The notes beneath the pieces are model-generated. The model had not been told where the DNA came from. It did not search any database and saw only the letters and a program-made list of their open reading frames with translations. A DNA stretch of 64,000 nt from an uncultured Pseudomonadota bacterium (lineage in GTDB: Bacteria > Pseudomonadota > Alphaproteobacteria > JACZXZ01). The stretch is from NCBI GenBank assembly GCA_963749075.1, contig CAVVLJ010000020.1:736001-800000 (forward strand), written 5' to 3'. Below, piece after piece: positions 46,553-55,932 of the stretch. Numbering within the stretch: the stretch's first letter is position 1; each line of letters opens with the position of its first letter. A program made the position numbers and the translations under genes.

Positions 46553-46985
46553 GCGGGCGGGGCAATTCCACATCTGCCGCAGACGGGAGGGGCTCCATGG
46601 GAGCGGCGGGCGGAGCGCTCTCAACGCGCGCTCCTCTTCTCGGGCGGAGCGCTTGCAATCCCCTTGGCGGTCGTGGCTGTTCTCGGACTCCCGGTCATCC
46701 CGCTCCTCAATGCGGCGCTGGGCCAAGTGCCGCTCGACTCGATCGCCACCGTGACGAAAAGCGCCTATGCCGAGATGTTCGGAGAAAATCGGGCGGGCAT
46801 CGCGAGCAGGCTCACGAGCGCAGCGCCGTTCGGCCTTTTGGAGACGATCCTCTCCGTCCACTTGGTTCCCGGCTGGATCGTGAATATCAAGTGGACGGCC
46901 AATCTGCCCATGCAGTGGTTCTTCCAATGGGGTTCTTCCAATGGGGTTCTTCCAATGGGGTTCTTCCAATGGACGGTGCGCGAGC
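46549..46985 (+). pseudogene. decayed copy of the 49540-51531 gene
   Basis: Matches 49540-49613 and then jumps to ~50280-50597 (internal deletion). Start ATG changed to ATA, repeat expansion present, truncated. Confidence 0.85.
46917..46972. repeat. perfect 14-bp tandem repeat x4
   Basis: GGTTCTTCCAATGG four times, versus a single copy at 50573-50586 in the intact paralogue. Confidence 0.95.
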
Positions 46986-47224
46986 GGCGGCGGCGGCGTC
47001 CATTCGCGTGCAAGAAGCCGGAATGCCCGTTATGGACATTTCGCCGGTCAATTCGTAAGGTCACGCGGCGGCCGCTCATGGCATAGCGCACCGTTTCGCC
47101 GCCGTGGGATGTCCTCCGGGGGTAACATCATTGGCCATTGGCTGGGTCATGGGTTGGGGGCGGCGCGCCGGACTGCCTTGGGCCACTTCGAGTGCGAGCG
47201 CTTCCCCGGCGGGGCGGCCAAAGC

Positions 47225-49543
47225 ATGGCCGCTAGCCATGCCTGGAAGAGCGTGAGGGTGGCTGCGACGGACGCGTCGGACGTTGTTTATCATTTGCGCT
47301 GGGCGCTCTTGGGCGCCGTGCTGTGCAGCTTCGAATCCTGGGCCTTCGGCCCGTTCTCGTGGATGTACGGCTACGGCGCCGGCCTCGAGTCGATCCCGGT
47401 GCAGCTTGCGCTCTCCGAGCCTCAGCGCAACTTCGCACTCTGGGAGACCTTCGATCTCGGCGGGCTCGACCGCCTCGCCTTCTTGGGCAATGCCGATCCG
47501 GTCCAATTCGAGATGCTGCTCTTCTCCACGCTCCCGCCCTGGCTGGCGAACGGCCTGCACAGGTTCCTGCAATATTTCGCGGCGATTTTCTTTGCCGCCC
47601 GCGTGGCCGAGGAGCAGATCGGCCTCGACCGCCGCTGGAGCACGCTCGCGGGCTGGCTCTTCGCCTGCCTCTCCTATTTTACGTTCGGGCAGCTTCTGAC
47701 GCTCCCCGGCGTGCCGCTCGTCCTCTGGCTGCTCCAACGCACGGTCGAGGCGCGGCGCCGCTGGTGGATGCCCGTGCTCGCCGGCGTGCTCGTATCGCTC
47801 TGCACGACTTTCACGTTCGGCGTTCCCTATCTTCTGGTCTTCGCCGTGCTGTGGCTGGCGATCGTGCGCGGGGTGAGGGGCTGGCGCGCGATAGCGCAAT
47901 TCACGGTCTTTGCCGCTGTCCTCATGGCCGTCAAGTCGCCGCAGCTCCTGGCCGCGGCGGCCAATGCGCCGTTTTCCCACCGCGCCGGCTGGCAGCTCGA
48001 GCCCTTCCAATGGTCGTTCGACCGTCTGTTTTATTGGCAGCCCCAATTCGATCTCTTCGACCAGGACAAGAGCATCCGGCCGGTCACCATGCTCTTGCCG
48101 CCGCTCGGCCTCGCCGTGGGTCTCGCCATGGTACTGCTCTGGCGCCTCAGCCGCCCGCGGGAGGCGGCTCCGTTTGTCGCTCCGTTCTTGCGCGTGACCG
48201 GCATCTATGCGCTCCTCTCGCAGAAGTGGCTGTGGCTCGGCGCGCAGGTGCTCATTGCGGCGGTGTTTCCCTGGGTGCGCGGCTTTTCCATGGGGCGGTT
48301 CTGGGAAATCCCGGAAGCCTTCCTGGTCTCGCTCGGCCTGACGCTCTGCGGCCGGCTCGCGTGGAGCGTCGTCCTCACCACGCCTCCCCGGCGCGCCATG
48401 GCCGCAACCGCGGCGGTCGGCTTCGTCGCCTTTATGATCATCGAGCCCAAAATCTTCCTCTTCTATCCGCTCGGCGTCGACGATTGGGGCGAGCGCAACT
48501 ACCAGGCCGCCGGCGTCGAGGCGCTGAAGCGAGAGGACACGAGCCTCTATCGCGTAGCGAGCGTCCTGCCGCTGCAACCGGCCTATGCCTATGCACAAGG
48601 CCTCGAGGCGGCGGACGGCTGGGCCAATCTCTATCCGCTCGTCTATCGTGAGTTGTGGCTGCGCGTGCTTGCCCCGCTGTTCAAGGAGCTGCCGCAAACG
48701 CGCAAGGTCTTCGGCGTCGACACCGGCCGCGCCGAGGATAACTTCCTCTTCCTCGGGGCGGGCCTGATCCAGCCGGGTGTCGGCCTGCTGCCGGACGAGG
48801 ACGTGTGGCAGGCGTTGCGCCGCGGCTTCGACCTCGACCGCCGTTTCAACCTCGACCTCTTGCGCATGCTCAACGTCAAATACCTGCTCTCGGAATATCC
48901 GTTGCGGGGGACCGGCGTCACCTTGGTGCATGCCCCGGCGAAATGGCCCGATTGGCCGCGCCCGCGCGACCGCAACACCGGCATCGCCTTGCCGCCGCGC
49001 CAGCCTTCGCTCGCCGACTTCGGCGCCGCGGCCCCGTTTGCGCAGCCGTTCTGGGACCTTGCCGAGGCGTGGAAGCGCCGGGCGGCGGGCAAGGATGTGT
49101 TCATCTACGCGCTCGACCGCGCACTGCCGCGCTTCCGTCTCGTCGATCGCGTGGAAGTCGAGCCGGACGGAACCGCAGCCCTCGATCGGCTATCCGCCAT
49201 GTCGCTTGCGGAGCTGCGCAGCACCGCCGTCCTCGAGGGTGCGGACGGGGCCGGGCTCGCCCGCCGCGATGGGTTTGCTAAGGGCACGGCGACCCCCGTG
49301 CGCATCATGCCGGATACGATCGACCTCGATGTCACACTCGACGGCCCGGGCTTTCTCGTCGTCGCGATGACGTGGAACCCCTACTGGACGGCGCTGGTCG
49401 ACGGAGAGCCGCGGCCGCTCTTGCGGGCGAACCATGCGCAATATGGTCTGGCGCTTCCCGCAGGCGCCCGGCACGTTCGCCTCGCCTATGTCCCGCCCTA
49501 TTCGGTGACGTACCTTCGCGGCCGGCTCGCGGCAAATCGATGA
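47225..49543 (+). CDS. YfhO-like polytopic membrane protein (putative GT-C), copy B
   Basis: Collinear and highly similar to 44228-46552. Confidence 0.78.
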   Translation: MAASHAWKSVRVAATDASDVVYHLRWALLGAVLCSFESWAFGPFSWMYGYGAGLESIPVQLALSEPQRNFALWETFDLGGLDRLAFLGNADPVQFEMLLFSTLPPWLANGLHRFLQYFAAIFFAARVAEEQIGLDRRWSTLAGWLFACLSYFTFGQLLTLPGVPLVLWLLQRTVEARRRWWMPVLAGVLVSLCTTFTFGVPYLLVFAVLWLAIVRGVRGWRAIAQFTVFAAVLMAVKSPQLLAAAANAPFSHRAGWQLEPFQWSFDRLFYWQPQFDLFDQDKSIRPVTMLLPPLGLAVGLAMVLLWRLSRPREAAPFVAPFLRVTGIYALLSQKWLWLGAQVLIAAVFPWVRGFSMGRFWEIPEAFLVSLGLTLCGRLAWSVVLTTPPRRAMAATAAVGFVAFMIIEPKIFLFYPLGVDDWGERNYQAAGVEALKREDTSLYRVASVLPLQPAYAYAQGLEAADGWANLYPLVYRELWLRVLAPLFKELPQTRKVFGVDTGRAEDNFLFLGAGLIQPGVGLLPDEDVWQALRRGFDLDRRFNLDLLRMLNVKYLLSEYPLRGTGVTLVHAPAKWPDWPRPRDRNTGIALPPRQPSLADFGAAAPFAQPFWDLAEAWKRRAAGKDVFIYALDRALPRFRLVDRVEVEPDGTAALDRLSAMSLAELRSTAVLEGADGAGLARRDGFAKGTATPVRIMPDTIDLDVTLDGPGFLVVAMTWNPYWTALVDGEPRPLLRANHAQYGLALPAGARHVRLAYVPPYSVTYLRGRLAANR

Positions 49544-51531
49544 GCGGGCGCGGCAAATCCACCTCCGTCGCGGATGGGACGGTCTCCATGGGTGCTGCGG
49601 GCAGCACCCTCTCCGGCGACGAGTTCGAAGCGTGGGAGCGCCGGCTTGCCCTCCTCGGCCTGACCGCGGTGCTCGCGGCGACGGCCTGGCTGCTCGTCCT
49701 CCGCACCGACCGCTCCTCGATCATGTTGGAGTACGTCACCAAGTTCGTTCCGCATTTCGCCGAAGGCGGGATCGCGAAGATCTTCGACGTCGACGGTCTC
49801 GGCGATCCGCGCCTGAGGCTCGCGGACAACCTGCTGAGCTGGCTCAACGTCTCGATCCGCGCGTGGCTGCTTCGCTCGCTTGCGATCCCGCCTTCGCTGA
49901 GCTTGACCTGGCTGATGCATCCCGCCTGTCTCGTTGTGCTGTTTGCCGCGGTGCGCCGGCTGCCGGGCGCCGGGCTGCGCGCGGCGGCGATGGCCACGAT
50001 CCTGTACGCCGCTTCGCCGGCGCTTCTCGAGTCGTTGAACGATCTCCTCATTCCCGCCAAGGCGCTCGTGAGCCTCTGCTTTATCGTGGCGCTCTACGGC
50101 GCCACCTGGCTGATCGACGTGCCGGAGCTCGGCACCGAGGCGCGGCCCGGTAGGGCGGCTTCGATCATCGGGGCGGCTTTGACGCTGGCGCTCCTCTCGG
50201 ACGAGACCGCCATCTTTATCCCCATCTGCCTGCCGATCCTCTTGGCCGGCATCGGCCGAATGCCGGCCGGGGGTCGCACGCGCGCGCTCCTCTTCTCAGG
50301 CGCTGCGCTTGCGATTCCATTTGCGGTCGTGGCCGTTCTCGGGCTCCTGGTCGTCCCGCTGCTCAATGCGGCGCTGGACCAAGTGCCGCTCGACCTGATC
50401 ACCACCGTGACGAAAAGCCCCTATGCCGAGATGTTCGGAGAAAATCGATCAGAGATCGCCAACAGGCTCACAAGCGCAGCGCCGTTCGGTCTTCTGGAGA
50501 CGATCCTTTCCGTCCACGTCGTTCCCGGACGGATCGTGAATATCCAGTGGACGGCAAACCAGCCGCTCAAGTGGTTCTTCCAATGGACGGCGCGCGAGCA
50601 GCTATCGCTCGCGCTCTTCCTCATGGCCGGCGTGCTCGCCTTCCGCAACCTGCCGCCGCCCGGCCGGACGCTCGCGCGAAACGTGCTTCTGGCCGCGATC
50701 CCCTTCGTTCTCATCGAGTCCGTCCTGCTGCTTCCGCTCGCCACGCACCTCTCCGAAGTGTGCTACTACGCGTCGCTTTCCTCGGTTTTCCTGGCACTCT
50801 TCGCCGGCACGGCTTTCGGCGGCATGCGCCTCGCGAAGCCGCTCGGCTGGGCCCTCGTCCTCTATCTGGCCGCGGTCCAGATGTCCAACTACATGGCGAC
50901 CGCCATCCGCCATCCCTTTTTCGGCACCGGCGCATTCGATTGGCACGCCGTCGAGAGCATCCGGAATGACGTGGTGGCGCGCGGCCCTGCGGCCCTCAAG
51001 AACTTTCCGTTTTTCTCGCGGCAGTTCTTCTACGGTTTCGAGGTCGCGGCCGCCTTGGCCAGCGCCCGTGGCGCGCCGGTCGACTTGAGGCCGCTTGCCC
51101 GCGAACAGGACGGACTCTACAAATACATCGACATCGCCAAGATGGCCGATCCAGCCGTTACGGGAGGCGATCTCTCGGCACCGGCCCGCGAGGCCCAGAT
51201 CGGCGCCTTGGGCGCACAAGCGGTCGATCCGTCGTCGGTAGCCGAGCTGCTCGCGTGGCGGCGCGTGCAAGGCGAAGCCGGCGATTGGAGCTTTCGCTGG
51301 CGTGTCGGCGGTCGCGGAGAGGTCGTGGCCCGCGCATGGCACCGCGGTCTCTTGCGCGTGTGGGGCGACCGAGGCAGCTTGACCGCCGGCGGTGGGCGTC
51401 TCTGCGTGCGCTTCACGGCGTGGGGCGATTTCTGCCTTGCCCGGCTTTACCGAAAGGATAGCGAGCTCTATGGCTATTCGGAGCGAGGAGACCCGATTGC
51501 GACGTTCCATATCGGCGAGCGGCTGCAATAA
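49540..51531 (+). CDS. polytopic membrane protein (possible GT-C) with soluble C-terminal domain
   Basis: ATGA coupling, ~10 TM segments, D.LGDPR.R loop and SDE motif. Confidence 0.62.
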   Translation: MSGRGKSTSVADGTVSMGAAGSTLSGDEFEAWERRLALLGLTAVLAATAWLLVLRTDRSSIMLEYVTKFVPHFAEGGIAKIFDVDGLGDPRLRLADNLLSWLNVSIRAWLLRSLAIPPSLSLTWLMHPACLVVLFAAVRRLPGAGLRAAAMATILYAASPALLESLNDLLIPAKALVSLCFIVALYGATWLIDVPELGTEARPGRAASIIGAALTLALLSDETAIFIPICLPILLAGIGRMPAGGRTRALLFSGAALAIPFAVVAVLGLLVVPLLNAALDQVPLDLITTVTKSPYAEMFGENRSEIANRLTSAAPFGLLETILSVHVVPGRIVNIQWTANQPLKWFFQWTAREQLSLALFLMAGVLAFRNLPPPGRTLARNVLLAAIPFVLIESVLLLPLATHLSEVCYYASLSSVFLALFAGTAFGGMRLAKPLGWALVLYLAAVQMSNYMATAIRHPFFGTGAFDWHAVESIRNDVVARGPAALKNFPFFSRQFFYGFEVAAALASARGAPVDLRPLAREQDGLYKYIDIAKMADPAVTGGDLSAPAREAQIGALGAQAVDPSSVAELLAWRRVQGEAGDWSFRWRVGGRGEVVARAWHRGLLRVWGDRGSLTAGGGRLCVRFTAWGDFCLARLYRKDSELYGYSERGDPIATFHIGERLQ

Positions 51532-51632
51532 GACCCCGCGGAGCCATCCGACGGTTGGGCCGCTTGGATGACCGAGTGCTCGCGCCGCCCAGCCTTCGGC
51601 ATGACTTGCACTAGCGGCAAGACGGGGCACCT

Positions 51633-54600
51633 GTGACCGGCTTCCTTGCTCGCCTCAAAGACCGCCGCATCCTCATGCCGGCGATCCTGGCGCTCGTCTA
51701 CCTTGTCTATTACGGCGCTATCCTCATCAAGAGCGGCGGCATCCCCTACGTCATGGACGGCAACGAGTCGTTCTCGACGCTCTGGCACGCCTATAACCTC
51801 TTCCATTTCAAGTTCGCGGACAGCTTCGGCCTTACCGACGAGGCGATTTCGACCGGTGCCGCGGCCCACCCCTTTCTGCATACCCACCAGGGGAACCTGC
51901 CGCGGCTCTTCGGCTTCCTGATCTACGCTCTGGGCGCGCGGACGATCGAGAGCCAGGTCGTGGTGACGACCGCGGCGATCGGCACGCTCACGCTCGTCTT
52001 CGCCTATGGCGCGATGGCGCGGCTCGCGGGCCGGGTCTTCGCCTTCATCTTCTGCCTCGTCCTTTTTACAGATTATATCCTTTACGCGCAATGGCACGTG
52101 GTCACCTATCGCGTGTGGTATGGCTTCCTCTTCTTTGCGATTCTTCTCGCCATCCAGCGCGCAGATGGAAGGCGCCGTTGGCTCGCGCAGGCGGGCCTCT
52201 TCGGCGGCTATTTGCTGCTTTTCTACGGCGAGCTGGTCTTCGCCGGGTTGATGGCCGTCACCGGGGCCTCTTGGACTCTCTGGACATACCGCCGCAAGGC
52301 CAGGCTCGCCTTGCGCCTGATCCTGATCGAGGCGGCAGGTGCCGCCCTGTCGGTCGGGATTTTGTTCCTCCAGCTCTGGGCCAAGTTCGGCTTGCATGTG
52401 GTGGCGGAGGACTTTCGTCTGACTTTCCTAGCTCGCAATCTGATCGCTGCGCCGCACCTCCGCGAGGCAGCCGACCAGTTCTACAATGACAAGCCCATTG
52501 TCTTCTTGAGCGATTTCGGCGAGGGCAGCCCTCCCCGGAGCCTTTGGTCATTCTTGCGCCTTCAAACAAGCCTGCTGTTCCAGGTCCATACGCCGATTCT
52601 GGCGCTGATCTGCCTGATGCTGCTCGGGGGATGGGCAGTCGGCTGGCTCTTCGATCGCCGCGGGACGGGATGGCGTGCGGCCGCGGCCTCGCGCGCGCAA
52701 ATCGCCATGATCGCGGTACCTTCGCTTCTGCTGGCACTTTTCTCGGCTGCGGCAACCACGTCCTTGTTGCCCAGCGGGAGGTTGGCGCCCGTTGCCGCGA
52801 AGCTCCTCGCTTTGGCGCTCGGTCTCGTTGCCGGGATTTGCCTGCGCGAGCTGGCCGGGACGGCAACGGCGCCGGGCGGTGCTGCTCGCGGGAGCGGCGT
52901 GAAGCCGCGATGGGTCATGGGCTTGGCGATGGCCGCGGCTGCTCTCCTGCCGGGACTGGGCGTCCTCGCGGCCTCAGGCCTGCCCCTCGGCAGCGCGCGC
53001 TGGGGCCTCACCCTTCTGCCGTGCGCCCTGCTGGCTGCGCTCTGCGGCATAGTTTCAGTCGGTCCGCGGCGCACCTTGCCGTGGCTCGCCCGCCGGGCCC
53101 AGCGCCTTTCCGACAGCTTCTCCTTGAGCGGTGCCGGTGGCCGCGACTGGCCCTGGATGGCAGTGCCCGCCTGCCTCGCCGCCGTGTGCTTCCTTTTGCT
53201 CTATCCGGGCCTTGTCCACCCTCGCCTCGAGCGAGGCTTGCTCTCGAGCGCCGCTTTCGTCCTGACGCTTTGCTGGTACGCTTCGGCGCGCCGCGAGGCC
53301 GCGGCGTTGTGGAGCGCCGCCCTTGCCGCTGGCTCCCGGCTGCGCGGAGAGCAGGCAGGGCAAGGGCCGGGCCCGCTGTCGGCGGCCCTTCTCGGCGCCG
53401 GCGCGGTCGTCCTGTGGACGGTCGGGCTCGCATTGCTGCTCGCGGTCCTTGCGCAAGGGCCGCTGCCCTTCGGCCTCAAGCCGACGCAGCCGGTATCGGC
53501 TTCTCTGTGGCTGATGGGCCTTGCCTTGGCCGTCGCCGCGAGCGGCGGAATCTGGCTGTGGCGCGAGGCGACCGAGCGCACGCGGGACCCGCAGCCGACT
53601 CTCTCGCTGCAGATGCTTCTGTGTGCCGTCTTCCTTTGGTTCGTTTATTTCGTCATCCGCGGCCAATGGCACGCTTACGACCAGGATTTCTCGCTGGTGT
53701 GGATGATGCCGCTGGGGTTCTCGGGCGGCACGGTGTTCGCGCGGGCGGTTGCCGTTCTCGCCCTCGCCGTAGCGATCGGCCTGGCGCTCGGTGGGCCGCG
53801 GCGTCTCCTGGGTGCCGTTGCAAGCCGCGAGATCGCCCGCGCCCTCGGATTTTTCATCGTCTGCGAGGCGGCCTTTGCGGTCATTTACTGGCTCTCGCCG
53901 GGCTACATCTACAAGGGATATCTCGAGCGCTACGCCCCTTTCGCCGTGTTCTTCGTCGAGCTGCCGCTCGCCGCCGCCCTCTTCGCGCTGTACCGCACCG
54001 TCTCGGCACCCTGGCTGCGGCGCCGGGAGGCGCGGGCCCCGGCCGTGGCGCTGCCGCTGCCGCTGCTGCGCGGTGGTGCGGCGGCCGTGCTCACGGCCAT
54101 CGGCCTCTATTGGATCGTGGTTCAGGGCGTCTATGCGGCACTCCTGCCGCCCGACCACGCGGCCTTCCTCAAGCTGCTGCGGGAGCCGCAGTTCGCGGGA
54201 AAGTCGGTCGCCGTCAATACCTATGCGGCGCCCATGGCGGCCATGACCGGCGGTTGGGGCTATTTCGACGACGTCCTGGCGCAGGACCACGTGATTTGGC
54301 GTGGCGGCGGCTATGATTTGGCACGCAACCTCAGGACGGCCCTTTGGTTCGCCGATCGCCATACTAACCCGGCCTATCTGCGGCCGGATTACTATGTCTG
54401 TTTTTGGCCGCAGAGCTTTCGCACGGCGGTCGGCGCGCGCGATCCGTCGCTCTTCCAGGATTTAATCCACTATTGCCCCAGTCTGGGCATTGTTTCCGAT
54501 GCAACGAAGCCCGGTTTTCCGCTTCATCGCCGCCTCGTCGCGGCGGACCCGTCGCTCTACGCATCATGGGCGATCGTCAAGCTTGGCTGGACGTTCCCAC

Positions 54601-55856
54601 CCTTCGTCAGGAGCCTCGCGCTCACGGTCGAAGCGGGCACAGCCGGCGCCGTGGCGCAGGTCTCCAGCGAGACCGCACAGCAGGATGGCATCCCGGTCAT
54701 TCCGGCCGACGTCGAGCTTCTGGCCGAGCGCGGCAATGCAGGCTGCGTCGTTCACGACAACGCCCTGACCCCGATCGGCCGTCTCGCGGGATCGGGCGCT
54801 CTGCCGCTGCCGCCCGGGTTCTCGGGGCTCGTGGTCGCGCGCGTGACGCCACGGACGGCGGACGCGAGGGGCATTCCCGTGCTGTCGAACGCGGTGAGCG
54901 TGACGTCGCTTCTGGATTCGACCGGCTCCGGCACGGTCGCGGCGGTGCGGATATTCAAGTGCAGCGGCGTGCGGGAGCTCGACTTCCGCGCCGTTGGCGA
55001 CGCCGACAAATTCGAGACCGCAGGCTGGGCCGCCGCGGAGTCCTGGGGGACCTGGACGGTCGGGCGGACGGCCGAGCTCGTGGTTCCCAATCCATCGTCC
55101 GCGGATAGCGACATGGTCCTTACGATGGAGGTCCGCGGGCTGGTGAACGAGGCGCATCCCGTGGCCTCCGCCGCGATCGAGGCGCAGGGCATCACGGTCG
55201 GCCGCATCGTTTTAGCGCCGGGCAATTCGGCAGCGGTCGAGCGTTTCCGCGTGCCGAGGATGCCGATGGCGTCGGGCAACATCGATATCAAAGTGGAAAA
55301 CGACGACCCGGTCGCTCCCGCGCGCGCCCTGCCCGACTCGCCCGACGAGCGGCTATTGGGCCTCGGGTTCACCAAGCTGAGCCTCGCCGCGGCGAGTGCC
55401 GCGGATGTGGCAATCGTGCCCTTAGGCCAGAGCGTGGGATTTGCCGCCGGCCAAGCGGGCACGGCCATGCTCGCGAGCGGCTGGTCGACGCCCGAATCGT
55501 GGGGCACGTGGGGCCTCGGCAATGACTCGATCCTCCTTTTCAAGGGCGGCTGGAAGGGCACCCCCGTCCGGCTGGCGCTGGATGCGCGGGCGTACCTGCC
55601 GCCGGATGCGCCGCCACTCTCCACCGAGGTGCTCGTCAACGGCGCCGTCGTCGGACGCCTGGATTTCGCTGCGGACCAAGAGCGCGTCCATGCCGATTTC
55701 GCGATCCCGGCCGAGGTCGTCGGTGACTCCGCCGTTGCGGAGATCGAATTCCGCTCGAACCGACCCAGCAGCTTCGCTCGGACCGCGGCGGCGGGTGCGG
55801 AGGTTCGGCCGCTCGCGCTCGGTCTCGTAGCGCTCACGATCTTGGAAAAGCAATGA
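51633..55856 (+). CDS. very large membrane protein (putative GT-C) with periplasmic Cys-containing region and two C-terminal beta-sandwich repeats
   Basis: 1407 aa with PYVMDGNESFS and HTHQGNLPR motifs, >20 TM segments, repeats GWAAAESWGTW and GWSTPESWGTW. Confidence 0.7.
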   Translation: MTGFLARLKDRRILMPAILALVYLVYYGAILIKSGGIPYVMDGNESFSTLWHAYNLFHFKFADSFGLTDEAISTGAAAHPFLHTHQGNLPRLFGFLIYALGARTIESQVVVTTAAIGTLTLVFAYGAMARLAGRVFAFIFCLVLFTDYILYAQWHVVTYRVWYGFLFFAILLAIQRADGRRRWLAQAGLFGGYLLLFYGELVFAGLMAVTGASWTLWTYRRKARLALRLILIEAAGAALSVGILFLQLWAKFGLHVVAEDFRLTFLARNLIAAPHLREAADQFYNDKPIVFLSDFGEGSPPRSLWSFLRLQTSLLFQVHTPILALICLMLLGGWAVGWLFDRRGTGWRAAAASRAQIAMIAVPSLLLALFSAAATTSLLPSGRLAPVAAKLLALALGLVAGICLRELAGTATAPGGAARGSGVKPRWVMGLAMAAAALLPGLGVLAASGLPLGSARWGLTLLPCALLAALCGIVSVGPRRTLPWLARRAQRLSDSFSLSGAGGRDWPWMAVPACLAAVCFLLLYPGLVHPRLERGLLSSAAFVLTLCWYASARREAAALWSAALAAGSRLRGEQAGQGPGPLSAALLGAGAVVLWTVGLALLLAVLAQGPLPFGLKPTQPVSASLWLMGLALAVAASGGIWLWREATERTRDPQPTLSLQMLLCAVFLWFVYFVIRGQWHAYDQDFSLVWMMPLGFSGGTVFARAVAVLALAVAIGLALGGPRRLLGAVASREIARALGFFIVCEAAFAVIYWLSPGYIYKGYLERYAPFAVFFVELPLAAALFALYRTVSAPWLRRREARAPAVALPLPLLRGGAAAVLTAIGLYWIVVQGVYAALLPPDHAAFLKLLREPQFAGKSVAVNTYAAPMAAMTGGWGYFDDVLAQDHVIWRGGGYDLARNLRTALWFADRHTNPAYLRPDYYVCFWPQSFRTAVGARDPSLFQDLIHYCPSLGIVSDATKPGFPLHRRLVAADPSLYASWAIVKLGWTFPPFVRSLALTVEAGTAGAVAQVSSETAQQDGIPVIPADVELLAERGNAGCVVHDNALTPIGRLAGSGALPLPPGFSGLVVARVTPRTADARGIPVLSNAVSVTSLLDSTGSGTVAAVRIFKCSGVRELDFRAVGDADKFETAGWAAAESWGTWTVGRTAELVVPNPSSADSDMVLTMEVRGLVNEAHPVASAAIEAQGITVGRIVLAPGNSAAVERFRVPRMPMASGNIDIKVENDDPVAPARALPDSPDERLLGLGFTKLSLAAASAADVAIVPLGQSVGFAAGQAGTAMLASGWSTPESWGTWGLGNDSILLFKGGWKGTPVRLALDARAYLPPDAPPLSTEVLVNGAVVGRLDFAADQERVHADFAIPAEVVGDSAVAEIEFRSNRPSSFARTAAAGAEVRPLALGLVALTILEKQ

Positions 55857-55932
55857 CGTGGCAGTCCGGCGTCGGCGGGGGCTCTCTATCGAGCCGGCTT
55901 GCGCGCCGTGAGCGCCGGGCCGGAGAATGTGC

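Larger units (their letters stand above)
43993..50590 (+). repeat. diverged tandem duplication (period ~3.0 kb) of upstream region, YfhO-like gene and the start of the next gene
   Basis: 44004 ccattcacattgcaagagcccggaatgcccgttatggacat matches 47000 ccattcgcgtgcaagaagccggaatgcccgttatggacat. The two ATGs (44228, 47225) are 2997 bp apart. Confidence 0.9.

Noticed and set aside
46917-46972. possible mini-CRISPR array
   Set aside because: The repeats are only 14 bp and contiguous, with no spacers and no cas genes. The unit derives from a coding sequence.
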